A stretch of 64,000 nt of DNA from Anthoceros angustus (taxonomy: Eukaryota; Plantae; Anthocerotophyta), in NCBI GenBank assembly GCA_010909165.1, contig MU008186.1, forward strand, positions 186,001 through 250,000, written 5' to 3'. Below are positions 1 to 10,392 of the stretch, piece by piece (the first letter of the stretch is position 1; the number at the start of each line of letters is the position of its first letter). A program made the position numbers and the translations under genes. Below the pieces are notes generated by a model. It had not been told where the DNA came from and made no database searches. It saw only the letters and a program-made list of their open reading frames with translations.

Positions 1-265
1 CCGCAAAACTCTCGAACACTGATGACATCATACTCCCGTTAATTCTTGTATCCATTGGGCCTATATTGAAGCCCCTCGGCACATCCATCACGAAAGGGAG
101 TCTATGGCGTAATAGCCACGCATGTCCAGCTGCTGGGTCTCAATCTGATACTGAACTTGAGAGTCGACTGCTAGGACGTTGAAAACAAATAGCCCGTCTT
201 CCATATCTTTGTCGGCTAAGGCCCTCTGCTCAATTTCCAGCCCTTTCCAGTTGTTGACCTCAAAA
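1..265 (-). pseudogene. Beta-class amino (N6A/N4C) DNA methyltransferase, motif IV region (runs off the window)
   Basis: Minus strand reads ...DGLFVFNVLAVD...QLDMRGYY/(fs)RLPFVMDVPRGFNIGPMDTRINGSMMSSVFESFA. DVPRG (71-85) sits where D-x-P-Y-G is expected. DTRINGSMMSSVFESF aligns with DKRVDKQMMDSVLQSF (from 52308), which leads into clear MTase motifs X and I. Confidence 0.6.
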
Positions 266-359
266 ATGAAGTGCTGGAAATCTTAGAAGCCGGGGTTGTC
301 GATGTCTTTTAATTCTTTGCACAATAAAACCCAAAACGTAAGGACACATAAGGGCTTGC

Positions 360-880
360 TCGCCACATGTGGAGGCGCCGCCGCCGCCATCGGCGGACAC
401 ATCTGTGGGCGCCGGCCGACAAAACCCTTCATGCTCACACAAGGTGGAGGGCGGCCGCCTACACACACACCATGTCAGGCGGCCTCACATCAGCGTGTGG
501 AGGCGCCGGCGGCGGCGCGGCGGCGCCGCGCCGCGCCGGCGCCGCGGCGCCGCATCATGGCGTGTGGGCGCCGGCCGGCGCCGCATCATCAAGCGGGCCG
601 GCCGGCGCCGCCGCCATCCTGTGGAGGGCGCCGCCGCCATCGACGGACACATCCCGTGGAGGGCGCCGGCCGACAAAACCCTTCATGCTCACACAGGTGG
701 AGGGCGGCCGGCGGCGCGCCCGCCGGCGCCGCATCATGGCGTGTGGGCGCCGGCCGGCGCGCCGCATCATGGTGGCGGCCGGCGGCCGGCGCCGCATCCA
801 TCATCAACGCCGGCGGCGCCGCGGCGGCGCCGCGCCCGCCGCCATCTTCAGGGAGGGCGCGCGCCGCGCCCATCAATAGA
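360..880. repeat. Very GC-rich irregular tandem repeat interrupting the cargo gene
   Basis: Repeated blocks gccgacaaaacccttcatgctcacac and gccgcatcatggcgtgtgggcgccggccggcg; long low-complexity ORFs in several frames. Confidence 0.7.
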
Positions 881-899
881 TGGTAAAGGAAAAAATACG

Positions 900-2140
900 G
901 CCAAGGGGAAGATTTACCTTTCCGGCAAACTGTGTTTGAAACCGCGCGATCATAGCATCCGTTGAATGCTGTGGGTACTCTCTCCGGACTTCCTCAAACG
1001 ATGTGCAGTCAAGATGCTTCGCCATAGCAACTTGGCAGCTTCTTCCGCAAAGTGATGTCGTCCTCCATGCCTTTCAGGTCTATCAGACCAGCTAATACTT
1101 TTCCGTTCTTTGTAAGTAATATCATTGTCCACACTCACACTGCTATATACGAAAGCCTTCCATGGCTTTGCTAGCATGTCCTTGACTTCACATATCTGTG
1201 CAACCTTAGAATCTTCCCGACCTTCCGCTTTCCTTTGCCCTTCTTGCTTGTACTGTCGTGTCTTTTACATTCGCAACTCCCACCTCCCACTTTGTAAATA
1301 TTTTGTCAATATTCTCCCAAATTCTCCTTCTTGCTTTGCAATACAAAGTATATGAGTCCTGTTATCCACCTTGTTTTGCTTATAGCGTCGTCTTCTCTCC
1401 CTCGCCGTCAATGAGGCCCGGAACCTTGTACAAATTGAATTTCCATGCCATAGTCATATGCACCCCTTCACGCTTGGCAATAAGCGCTCATCACGGAGAT
1501 ACGACACCTCGATGAAAGACATTTTCTTCTCTTGTCAGGCATAATATTGTGTGCGTAGCTAGAACCCGCATCTCTCAAGTGTGAGACCTTACACGTGAGC
1601 CTCGACATCGGCGTTTTTCCACAGTGCCATATCCAAATGCTTCATCGCCGCAAAAGTGTGATTCCGCCACTCCCATGACATAAGTTTTGCCAAATCGTTG
1701 CCAATCCGATTGCTTCCATGTTGTCGCATTCACGGGTCTATCATACATGAGGCAATACGCCTTCCTCTATTCTCCCTTCGATATGACCGGGCCAAGTAAT
1801 TCGTCCATGCTTCGTCAACCTTCCGTATCTGCATCCGGAGTGATATGCGGCGGCCGGCCTTAGATTCTCCGACTTCAGACCGTCTCGAACAACTTTCTTT
1901 GCATCGATTCCCTTACGGGTTAAAGGGTCTTCATCTCTCACCGCTTCTAACCTCTCCTCATCCGTTGGGACATGAACGCCGCAATGGGTGCCACCGTCTA
2001 AGCTTCCAATCGTCTGGACTTTTCTTTTCTTGAGGACCACGATCGCGCTATGGGCCCTCTTTCGTGAAATCTGCGAAGTCCTTTTCCTTTTTCTACCATG
2101 CGGCATAGTCATCGGATTCCGCCATGTCCATGGCATCGGC
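900..2140 (-). pseudogene. ParB/sulfiredoxin-like domain and linker of the transposon cargo gene (frameshifted)
   Basis: Joining frames gives GGNHTFAAMKHL (about 1630-1669) ... GLTLEEMRVLAYAHNIMPDK.KKMSFIEV (about 1505-1588) ... WENIDKIFTKWEVG; this fits a ParB-like GxHR-type motif followed by LAxxHN. Confidence 0.55.
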
Positions 2141-2199
2141 CCCTCGCCTAGCTCCCTCCCTCACTTCCCACATGCTTCATGCTCCTCACGAGAGGTGCT

Positions 2200-2400
2200 T
2201 GTCTCCCGGCCGGCGCCTCCTCTGCATGGCCTCTCCCTGTTTGCCCACATGGGCGGAGGTGGAACCCCTCTGACACCTCGAAGGCGCCGGCGCCCTCCTC
2301 TCCTCCTGCATGGCCTCTCCCTATTTGCCCGACCAGGCCGGGAGGAACCCCCTGACACCTTGAAGGCGCCGGCCGGCGCCGCCCTCCCCTGCCTGCGGGC
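2200..2400. repeat. About 80-90 bp imperfect tandem repeat (2-3 copies)
   Basis: ctgcatggcctctccct[ga]tttgccc...ggaacccc(t)ctgacacct[ct]gaaggcgccggc repeated. Confidence 0.7.
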
Positions 2401-4249
2401 GAGCTTCCCGGCCCCTCGCCCGGCGCGGCCGGCGCCGCCCTCCTCCTCCCTTGCAAACCCTATGAACCGCTTAGGTCGGGCGTAACTCCCGGCGAGTCGA
2501 AGAGCGCGGCCGGCCCGGACCGCACCTCGAGGGCTCTGCACATCCATGGAATTTCCGGGGCCATATTCCATAAGCAGTTCGCATCTCCTCTTCACCTGTG
2601 CATCCGAATACACATCGTCATCATCCGAATGGCCTAACATGTCCGGATCGTCGCTCGTCTTCATCGGATGGACCAAGCTCGCTTTCCACCGATGTCTCAT
2701 CATCCCCTCCATTTCCTCTTTGCTATCCGAGAACTGCGAATAGACATAGCCCGCCTATGTGCTAAAAGCGCTTTGTGTCAGAGCGAGCAATGAAACTTTT
2801 GCCCATCCTCCGCTGCAAACCAACATGGATGGACAAGATAAGCCACACGGATGCACATTGATTAGCGAACCCAAGAACATGCCACCCAAATGCACTCACC
2901 GATGTCTCTTGCCGGTCTACGAATAACTCGATCAAGCGTGAAGGTGCACATTTCTTAAAGATCAACCGCAAATGTCACGTGGAACAATCATGAGCTGTGG
3001 GTTTGGATGCAATGTCGTGAAGTCTTGCGGCTTCCTCACCACAAGGAGTTGTGCTTGAGCCTTGGTCATGTCCAATGTTGCCCAAATCACCCACCACCCC
3101 GCTCGGCTGATTAGGCAAAGCATCTTTGTATCCCACCACCCACAACTTGAGCAGTGTCCAAACGCATCCTCGTCCTCCGGTTCCTCTTCCGCAAATCATC
3201 CAATTCTTCTCAACAACGCGAATACTCGCATACTTCTGCGACCTCACAATGCATAGTCTCCTCGTAGTTGAAGGCGATTGAATCGGGCGGCATCGGGCGT
3301 TTACGCACTTCTCTCGCTTCATCACCCCACCTCGCCTCGCGTGGTGCTTGCCTTTCCCGAGTTGTGGTGTGAGCCTCCCACCACTCGCCCCTCCGTGGAA
3401 TTCGCTCCGATTTGTGCGAGGTTGCTCATCACGCCGCCGGATGCACTCGCCTTGTGGCGCACTATACACCATCCTCTGTGCTCTGTCCGTTTCTTGCTTC
3501 CTCTCCTTCTTGCTTGGGCAAAGGGAGGTCCTGTTCGAGCTCAAAGGCATTCTTCTCCTTCACCTTTCGCCTCCCGGATGCCATCTCCATGATTCAGCGA
3601 TCGCTCACCGTCGCGCAAGCAGCAGTAGCGGGTTAAGGGAGGTGGCGGCGGTCGCCTCCCTTGCGATCACAGCGCACACACCTCGATCACAGGCGCACAC
3701 ACACGGAGGCGGGCGCAACTTCCGAGTGAACAAGTGGAAAGAATTGCGACTCAAGGGCCGGCCCCGCCGAGATTAAGTTGGCTCTCTTTTCGTATTAGGG
3801 CTTGCAGGTTTTATAGGCATAAGGGTGATATATGTGATATAAGGCATAGGTATATTTGTCCTGATTGGATATCCGGTGTATTTGCATCGGATCGTAAACC
3901 ACATCTGGGATTCCCTTTGCCATGTGCGATATTAAACACCGATGTCGGTGGCGGCGCCGCCCCCGGCGGGAAAGGGCTGCTGTCGACATTGCGGCGCCGC
4001 ACACAATCCCCGATTCTGTGTGCTCATACATCTTTGTTCTATAAGGCCGGACATTGGGGACCTCCAGTAGCTTTCTTCAACGCGGTCGCTATTGTTCCAT
4101 TGTCTGCGAGCGTTCTCCATAGCGCCTATTCCCCCCGAGTTGTAGCCCTTGATGTTACAGCGGCGCACACACCGAAGAGGTGCTGCTACGTGTCATTGAA
4201 ATGCACATGTGCAGGCCATTCAATCCATACACGCTAACGGTTGGGTGTT

Positions 4250-4640
4250 TGGGAGAGAAGAGCAGATGGCAGCAGAGGCTGCCCACCACAATCGGGAGGC
4301 GCACGCAGCTTCCATATATGGGCAGCGATCCAGACAACCCATCCAGCGGCCCGGCAATGTTGGTGGAATCGCACACCGCCCCACTGCTGGAGGTAAGGTT
4401 AGACGTTTGGGTTTCATTGGCATAGCTGTTTTCCCCAACTTTTCTCATCACTGTGTGGTGGGAACCATGCATGTAGGTAAAAGGAGTGGAGGTGGAATTC
4501 CACTTTTGAAGCCGGTGGTATCGCCAACTATCCCGCGTCGCCACCCCAGACCTTAACTTATATGCGGCAATTAGGAGAAGTCCTTCCCGTGGAAGATATG
4601 GGGAACAGCCATGTAGCAGACCCCGCGCTGACAATATGGC
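4250..4640 (+). pseudogene. ORF X remnant (unknown transposon-associated ORF upstream of the transposase)
   Basis: SHHCVVGT / PLLKPVVSP / YAAIRR(fs)VLP match SHFSLVTFG / PLATNLISP / YAAIARQVLP of the minus-strand ORF at 51696-52200. Confidence 0.45.
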
Positions 4641-4759
4641 GGAACCCAATCGGAGCCTAAGACGAGGATTGTTCCCTCTGCCGACGGGAGATCATGAGGC
4701 AGAAGCATTGCACCATGAAGATGAGGGCAGCGACGATGTCTTCCAGGGCGGACACGATC

Positions 4760-7440
4760 GTGGGGAATTCCCTCCTGCTATTACATTCCAAGCAAAACCT
4801 TTGAGCGATTCATTGCAGACTGAGAAATCGCGTGGGAGATGCATGCGAGGAGGAGGGCTTCCGGCGTGCCTTTGCGAAGAAGTGATGTGACTGCAATCGC
4901 TGGAGAGTTTCGGAAGCCATGCTGCAATCAAATGTGTGTTCAGAAATTGACAAAAGAAAAATTCCAAGAACATCGGTATAGGTTCCTACGCATGGGACGT
5001 CAAGAGCAAGAGACATACCTTGAGTCCCTCTTAAAGGTGGTAAGTGATGGCGGAGTTCACACAAAGGTTCAACCCCACCTTGTTGGTGCGACATCTTACA
5101 GATGTTGCCTACGAGCATTTAGGCGGGTTTTCTGTATTGGTCATAAGCGATATGAAGAGTTGGCGGTGCGTGCAACTCGCCGTGGGATAACCGAGACCAA
5201 ATCCATCACAACGGATCATCACGGGATGCACTTGCGTGGATGGACAACGTTTTCATGTCCATGGCGGAGCGGCTCCCCAGCGGTATACAATCTTCCGGAC
5301 ACGCATAGGCCGGAGCTATGGGCCCGACAAGCGACAATGTGAGCGGTCACAAACAAGGGCTATGACATATGCACGGTTTCTAAGGCTCGAAGGTGCACTT
5401 CCGGTGTTAAGATACCTAAGTCCAACAGTTTTCTACGTGCGATATGCGAGGTTAAAGGCAACCATTGAACACTTTTCAAAGGTGGATCAAGGTATGGCAT
5501 CCCTTCCCATCCATTCCCTTCCCTATTTGCGTTGGCTATGTGGCGGATGTCAAGATAGCCATAGTTGGGAGCGGCGCGCCTCCTCCCTATGGCTATCTTG
5601 ACATCCGAGTGTCTTGACGTACAAGGAATGGTTTAGGGGAGGAGGCGCCGGCGCCTCCTCCACCTCCGGAGATAGGAGAGAGGGTTTAGAGGAGGAGGCG
5701 GCCGGCCGGCGCCTCTTCTCTCCTTCGAAGTTGATTGTACCGGCATGGGCGGCTTGTAGATGCTAAAGAAACGTACATTGTTTGGTGCGGAGAAATATCA
5801 ACATGCGCTTGAGGCACATCGCGGATTATCGGCAGAGCGTGCCAAAATGGCCAACACCGGACGAAAAGCTACGTTGAGCCCCACAAGTACATGTTACTAC
5901 TATTGATGGGATGGACCAAAAGAAAACGGAGATCCCACATTTTTACGGTGGCCAAAGAATTTAAGTGAGGAGTGCGTAGCATACATGTGGTGGGGCTGCA
6001 TGGTTCATAACTATACATATAAAGCGGCGGCATATTTGCACTATGCAAACCTTGAACGATGCAAATCTGACGATATGCATCATCCAAGATGTTCTGCACA
6101 ATTATGAAGGGATATTGCCTAAAGTCTTGTACTTGCAGTTGGACAATACTTGTCGAGAGAACAAAAATCAACTTCTTTTGCATATCGAATATGTTAGTAG
6201 ACATGGGTACATTTCGGAAGGTGAAGGTGGGCTTTACGCTAGTGGGGCACACACGACGGATTGACGGATGTTTTCACGGTTTAAAGCACGAAACACGAGC
6301 GCACATTGCACGCGCTATCCGATATTCTCGGAAAAGCATACACACCAACTCCGGTGAAAATTCTCACCGAGGTCCGGACTTGGTCATATGTGGCCCATCG
6401 GAAGAGGAGATGGTCGGTACACATTACCACAGTGTCAGGCCCGAATAACCTTCGTTCCAACACCGCTTTAAGATAACACGGGAGGACAAGGCGGGCGAGG
6501 TCTAGTCACGGTTATTGAAGCAAGCAATATTCGACATCTCCGCTATGGGAGGCGAAGGAGGCTTGGAGTTCTTGAAGTTCGTCCGTCTAATGACATCACA
6601 TCACCTCTCCTAGCACGCGTCTAGGGACAAAAGGCTCACTTCCGGGTTAAAGGCAACGGTGTGGCCCATCTTAAAGAAGGGCTCTCGGCTTGCGTGCATA
6701 TATTGCCGCAGATGAACATTTGTGGTAGGAGGCCTTCTGGGAGGACCAGCATGAGATTGCGGTTATCGTGGAGAACAACATTGGCTGGCGCTCAAAAGCC
6801 ACGGAAATGGTTTTCTAGGTCGGACGTTGAAGATACTGATCTGACCTTTGCGCTTACCAAATGAAAGCCTTCGACGAAGCATTATTGAGGGAGCTTCGCG
6901 TGATATGTACTTGGGGCTTACCGGCAAGTGGCTCGGCATGACAAGAAATGGAGCGATCGAATGGCGATGTGGTGAGATTGGAAATGGAATGTTCATCGCA
7001 ATTCCATGCTTGACGGATCGCTGAGACCTTTTGGATCGGAAGAGTGGTGGAAGTGAAACATGATGCTTTCCGTCCGAGTCTAATGGTCCAGAGTACAGAC
7101 GGAACATCTTGGCGCTTTCGAAGGCGATATGTTGAGGAGTACATCGTCATGGACAAGGGCCCAAGCATCGGGGAGAAGTCATCAAGGCAAGGGTCAAAGA
7201 CCGTGTTCCCCAAAACATACAAGAGATTTACATCAATGATACAAGAATATTGTACTATGGTTTCAACCTTACTACGCGGAAGCATTTATACGCCAACGAC
7301 AAAAGGGCTATAAAGGAGAAGCTAAACGAGATCTGTGATTGAACCAGCCAGTGAAGATGTGTCAGACAATAGCGATGAGGAGGAGGCGGATATTGACAAC
7401 ATGGATGATGTTGACGTGTCTTGGAAGAACCCTAGGCGAA
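4760..7440 (+). pseudogene. Sola1-like DDD/E transposase, two exons (intron about 5492-5759), many frameshifts
   Basis: KPCCNQMCVQKLTKEKFQEHRYRFLRMG; CCLRAFRRVFCIGHKRYEEL; donor CAAG|GTATGG at 5492; catalytic-type motifs IDGMDQ, QLDNTCRENKN, GFTLVGHT; acidic C-terminal tail near 7350-7440. The superfamily assignment rests on motif pattern only. Confidence 0.75.
5544..5607. repeat. Perfect 21-bp inverted repeat (hairpin) inside the transposase intron
   Basis: cggatgtcaagatagccatag (5544-5564) and its exact reverse complement ctatggctatcttgacatccg (5587-5607). Confidence 0.9.
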
Positions 7441-8196
7441 CATGACTTGAGACATTGTCTTTGTTTATGGTTGTTCTAGAAGGGAATAATAAAAAACTAC
7501 ATCAGGCGGGGAGGCGTACTCCTTTCTTGTCTTTTCGTTTTCATATGGTACACCACACTAGTGGTCGATCATCATGTCGCAACAACACTAAACAAAAGGC
7601 TTGATAATTGTGTTTCTGATTGAAACCACGGTTGGAAGTTTGACAAGCGGCAAAGCGGCGCGAATCTCACCTTAATGCCGTGATTGCGACTATCAATCGT
7701 TGGGGTGGGTACAACGTCGCTTGCCCAGCGTAACGTGGCCGCCTACACCCGAGAATGCGCCCATAAAATGTGAAAGTTGCATATATAGGGATGATTTCTA
7801 CCACCCTTTCCGTGTCAGTTCATACCCTCTCAAGTTTCACAGGGTACGGCGGGACATGATGCATAGGGTTTGAGGCCCACCATGGTGTCAAATTCTAGAA
7901 TGACCAAGTCTTTGTTCGATTGACCGGCCTGACTGGGGAAGTTAATGGGCTCTATTTCGACACTTCCACAGGTGTCTGCCTTTCCTAATACCATGCACAC
8001 ACCCTGGCGGGTCCATGAAACCGATGCTTCGCTCGGGTGCACACCCTACTTTTCAGTGTGAAATTGTACAGTTTCCGTGGACCACTGATTCCCAACCCAT
8101 TGGAAACCCCCTTTGGTGTATATTGTACAGAAAACCCCCTTCCTGTATATTCACCCCCTTGCAACTATATCGTGTTATGTCCATTATGCTTAGTCT

Positions 8197-8460
8197 TTAC
8201 ATGTCTTCCCGACGAGATAAAGGAAGAATATCACGCCGGTAATTTGTTTGTAAAGTTGTCATGTTTATAGACTCTCGGAATGTTTCAGCATGATTACAGC
8301 CAGCCCCAACTACTTCACCAGAATTCAAATTGTCACCTTCCTCCGAGAGAATATCTGTCCATACATCACCTAGGTGGGCTAACATGTTATGAAGAACAAA
8401 ACAGGCTGCAACCCAACGATCTACATCCCGGGCCCGCATATTAAAGTGAACAAAGAACAC
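8197..8460 (-). mobile_element. PIF/Harbinger-type transposase C-terminal fragment
   Basis: HFNMRARDVDRWVAACFVLHNML followed by an acidic tail matches the DDE_Tnp_4 C-terminal ACxVLHN motif. Confidence 0.6.
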
Positions 8461-8489
8461 GAAGCAATTGAGATTGAATAATTTTTTTT

Positions 8490-9150
8490 TTGTTTACAAT
8501 GTAGGTGTATTCTTTGTGTTCTAGGATGTGCCTTTTAGAAAAGGTGCAATGGTCCAAGCGAGAACCCTAACTAGGATTAACTACCTAGGTTAGAACTAAC
8601 TACCTAGGTTAGAGCTAACTACCTAGGTTAGAGCTAACTATAATTAATCGTATTTACAAACCCCCTTAATCTTAGGAAGATGATCGTACTCAAGGTATTG
8701 AGGACAAGCCCAATATCTCGCAGCGATGCTCGAGTATAGGGCGCGACATGGGCTTCGTAAGAATATCTGCAACTTGTTCTGATGTCGAGACATAAGTTAG
8801 AAGTAGCTGTTGAGATTCCACCTTCTCTCATAAGTAATGATATCACAATTCGATGTGCTTAGAGCGATCATGAAATCGCTGATCTCGAGAAAGAGAGATG
8901 GTAGCCTGAGTATCACACTTAATTTCAACAGGCCCAGAGTGAGGATAACCGAGATCTTGTAGAAGTTGAACAAGCCAAACGGCTTCTTTGGCGGCAGCAG
9001 CTGCAACAATATACTCAGATTCTGCGAGCTTTGAGCAACACAAGCTTGCTTCTTGGACTTCCGACTGACAGCACTACCAGCAAGAGTGAAGACATAACCT
9101 GATTTTGACTTTTTGGAGTCCGGATCACCAGCTCAATATCACCAGCTCCT
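8490..9150 (-). mobile_element. Ty1/Copia 3' fragment: RNase H, polypurine tract and probable 3' LTR
   Basis: KSGYVFTLAGSAVS.KSKKQ..AESEYIVAAAAAKEAVWL...KCDTQATI...FHDRSKHIEL...EQVADILTK; PPT-like AAGGGGG followed by TGT at 8658 on the minus strand. Confidence 0.8.
8578..8640. repeat. 19-bp tandem repeat (about 3.3 copies) in the Copia LTR
   Basis: taactacctaggttaga[ag]c x3 plus taacta. Confidence 0.9.
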
Positions 9151-10392
9151 TTTGTTTTCTTATCTCCTCCCCCCCCAATTCACATGATAGATTGCTTAGA
9201 ATTTCAAGGTGATAGTATAGGGGTGCTTTTATATGAAGATATAGAGGTATTAAACAAGATGCTTATGTTTTGATCACTTTAAGTCAGAGGTGTTGGACGA
9301 GATGCTTATGTTTTGATCACTTTAAGTCTTTCGGGAGTCTCATTGTGTTTTCTTCCCCGAGCTTGCGTTATAGATTGCTTAGCATTTCTCCATCTCCACC
9401 CTTCCAAGACTTGGCATCTCCAATGCTTGTGTTATAGATTGCTTAGCATTTCTCCATCTCCTTTGGATGATATTATAGGGGTGCTTCCTGCTACGGGAAT
9501 GAAGACTTTATAAATATGCAGAGGTGAGAAGTCCATCTACACCAGGGCAATTTTCTACTATGAAGCTACTTCTGTTCCCAAGATGTCATAGTCAAGAACA
9601 AGAAAGGGCGTACTTACCACCGGGATGAAGATGCTCGTCTTGAAAATTATGTTGGCCAACAGCCCTCTGCAAGGTGATGAATAGTCGTTGCCCGATGCAA
9701 GATGATGGATACTCGTTGCCCGAAGAAAGCCGTCGTGCAAGATAGAGAGACCGACATTGTTCTTGCGGATGTGGTAGGCTTTCGCACGACCCTTAATTAA
9801 CCTCGATAAGTCCTTGCACATGACGCACTAAGTCTCTGGCCAGTGATAGTTTTAACATAACCCTTGATAAACCTCGAGAAATTCTTACTCATGTTCTACC
9901 TCGATAGTACATCCCTTTGCCCCAAGTGGAAGCCGAAGAGGTGACGATGGAACATGCACAATCGAAGATCACACCCTTCATGTGGCAACATAATATCAAC
10001 CAACAAATGATTTTCAAAACTCATACCGGAAAGCCAACCATATAAGTATATACATATTTGTGGTCGGAGGAGCCGGCTCGAGTTAGGGCGCTGAACAACC
10101 AAAAGCATTTCATGGATTGGTAGAATGCCTTCCCCTACGGGTGACCTTTATGTACATGGACGCAACACGTGCGGGCGCAGAATTCGGGGAATTGGTGAGG
10201 GGCACCACAGGCTGGCAGCTGAGCGCCAACCAGTACAGTGTGCACCACCTACTGTAGGGCCCCTTGGGCGAGCCCGCAAATGATTTTAGGGTCCCTCGAA
10301 CTCTGATTGACGCCGTCTATCTTGCCTGCAGAGCTGCCTCCCCTGAGACGCTGTCCGCAGGCTAGTGGGTCGCCATCTCAGCCTAGGGCTGT

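Larger units (their letters stand above)
1..7450. mobile_element. Degenerate large DNA transposon, copy 1 (cargo ParB-like/amino-MTase gene on -, ORF X and Sola1-like transposase on +); left end lies outside the window, termini not identified
   Basis: Transposase motifs CCNQMC, IDGMDQ (about 5902), QLDNTCRENKN (about 6136) and GHT (about 6244); each of the three components has a recognisable homolog at 46.7-53.3 kb in the same relative order. Confidence 0.8.

Noticed and set aside
260-965. Long overlapping Arg/Ala/Pro-rich ORFs in several frames
   Set aside because: By-product of a GC-rich repeat with few stop codons; no protein family signal.
9259-9460. Two short direct duplications of about 30 bp
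   Set aside because: Ordinary local duplications in AT-rich TE debris.
9530-10130. Possible retroelement fragment on the minus strand
   Set aside because: No diagnostic motif could be recovered by eye.
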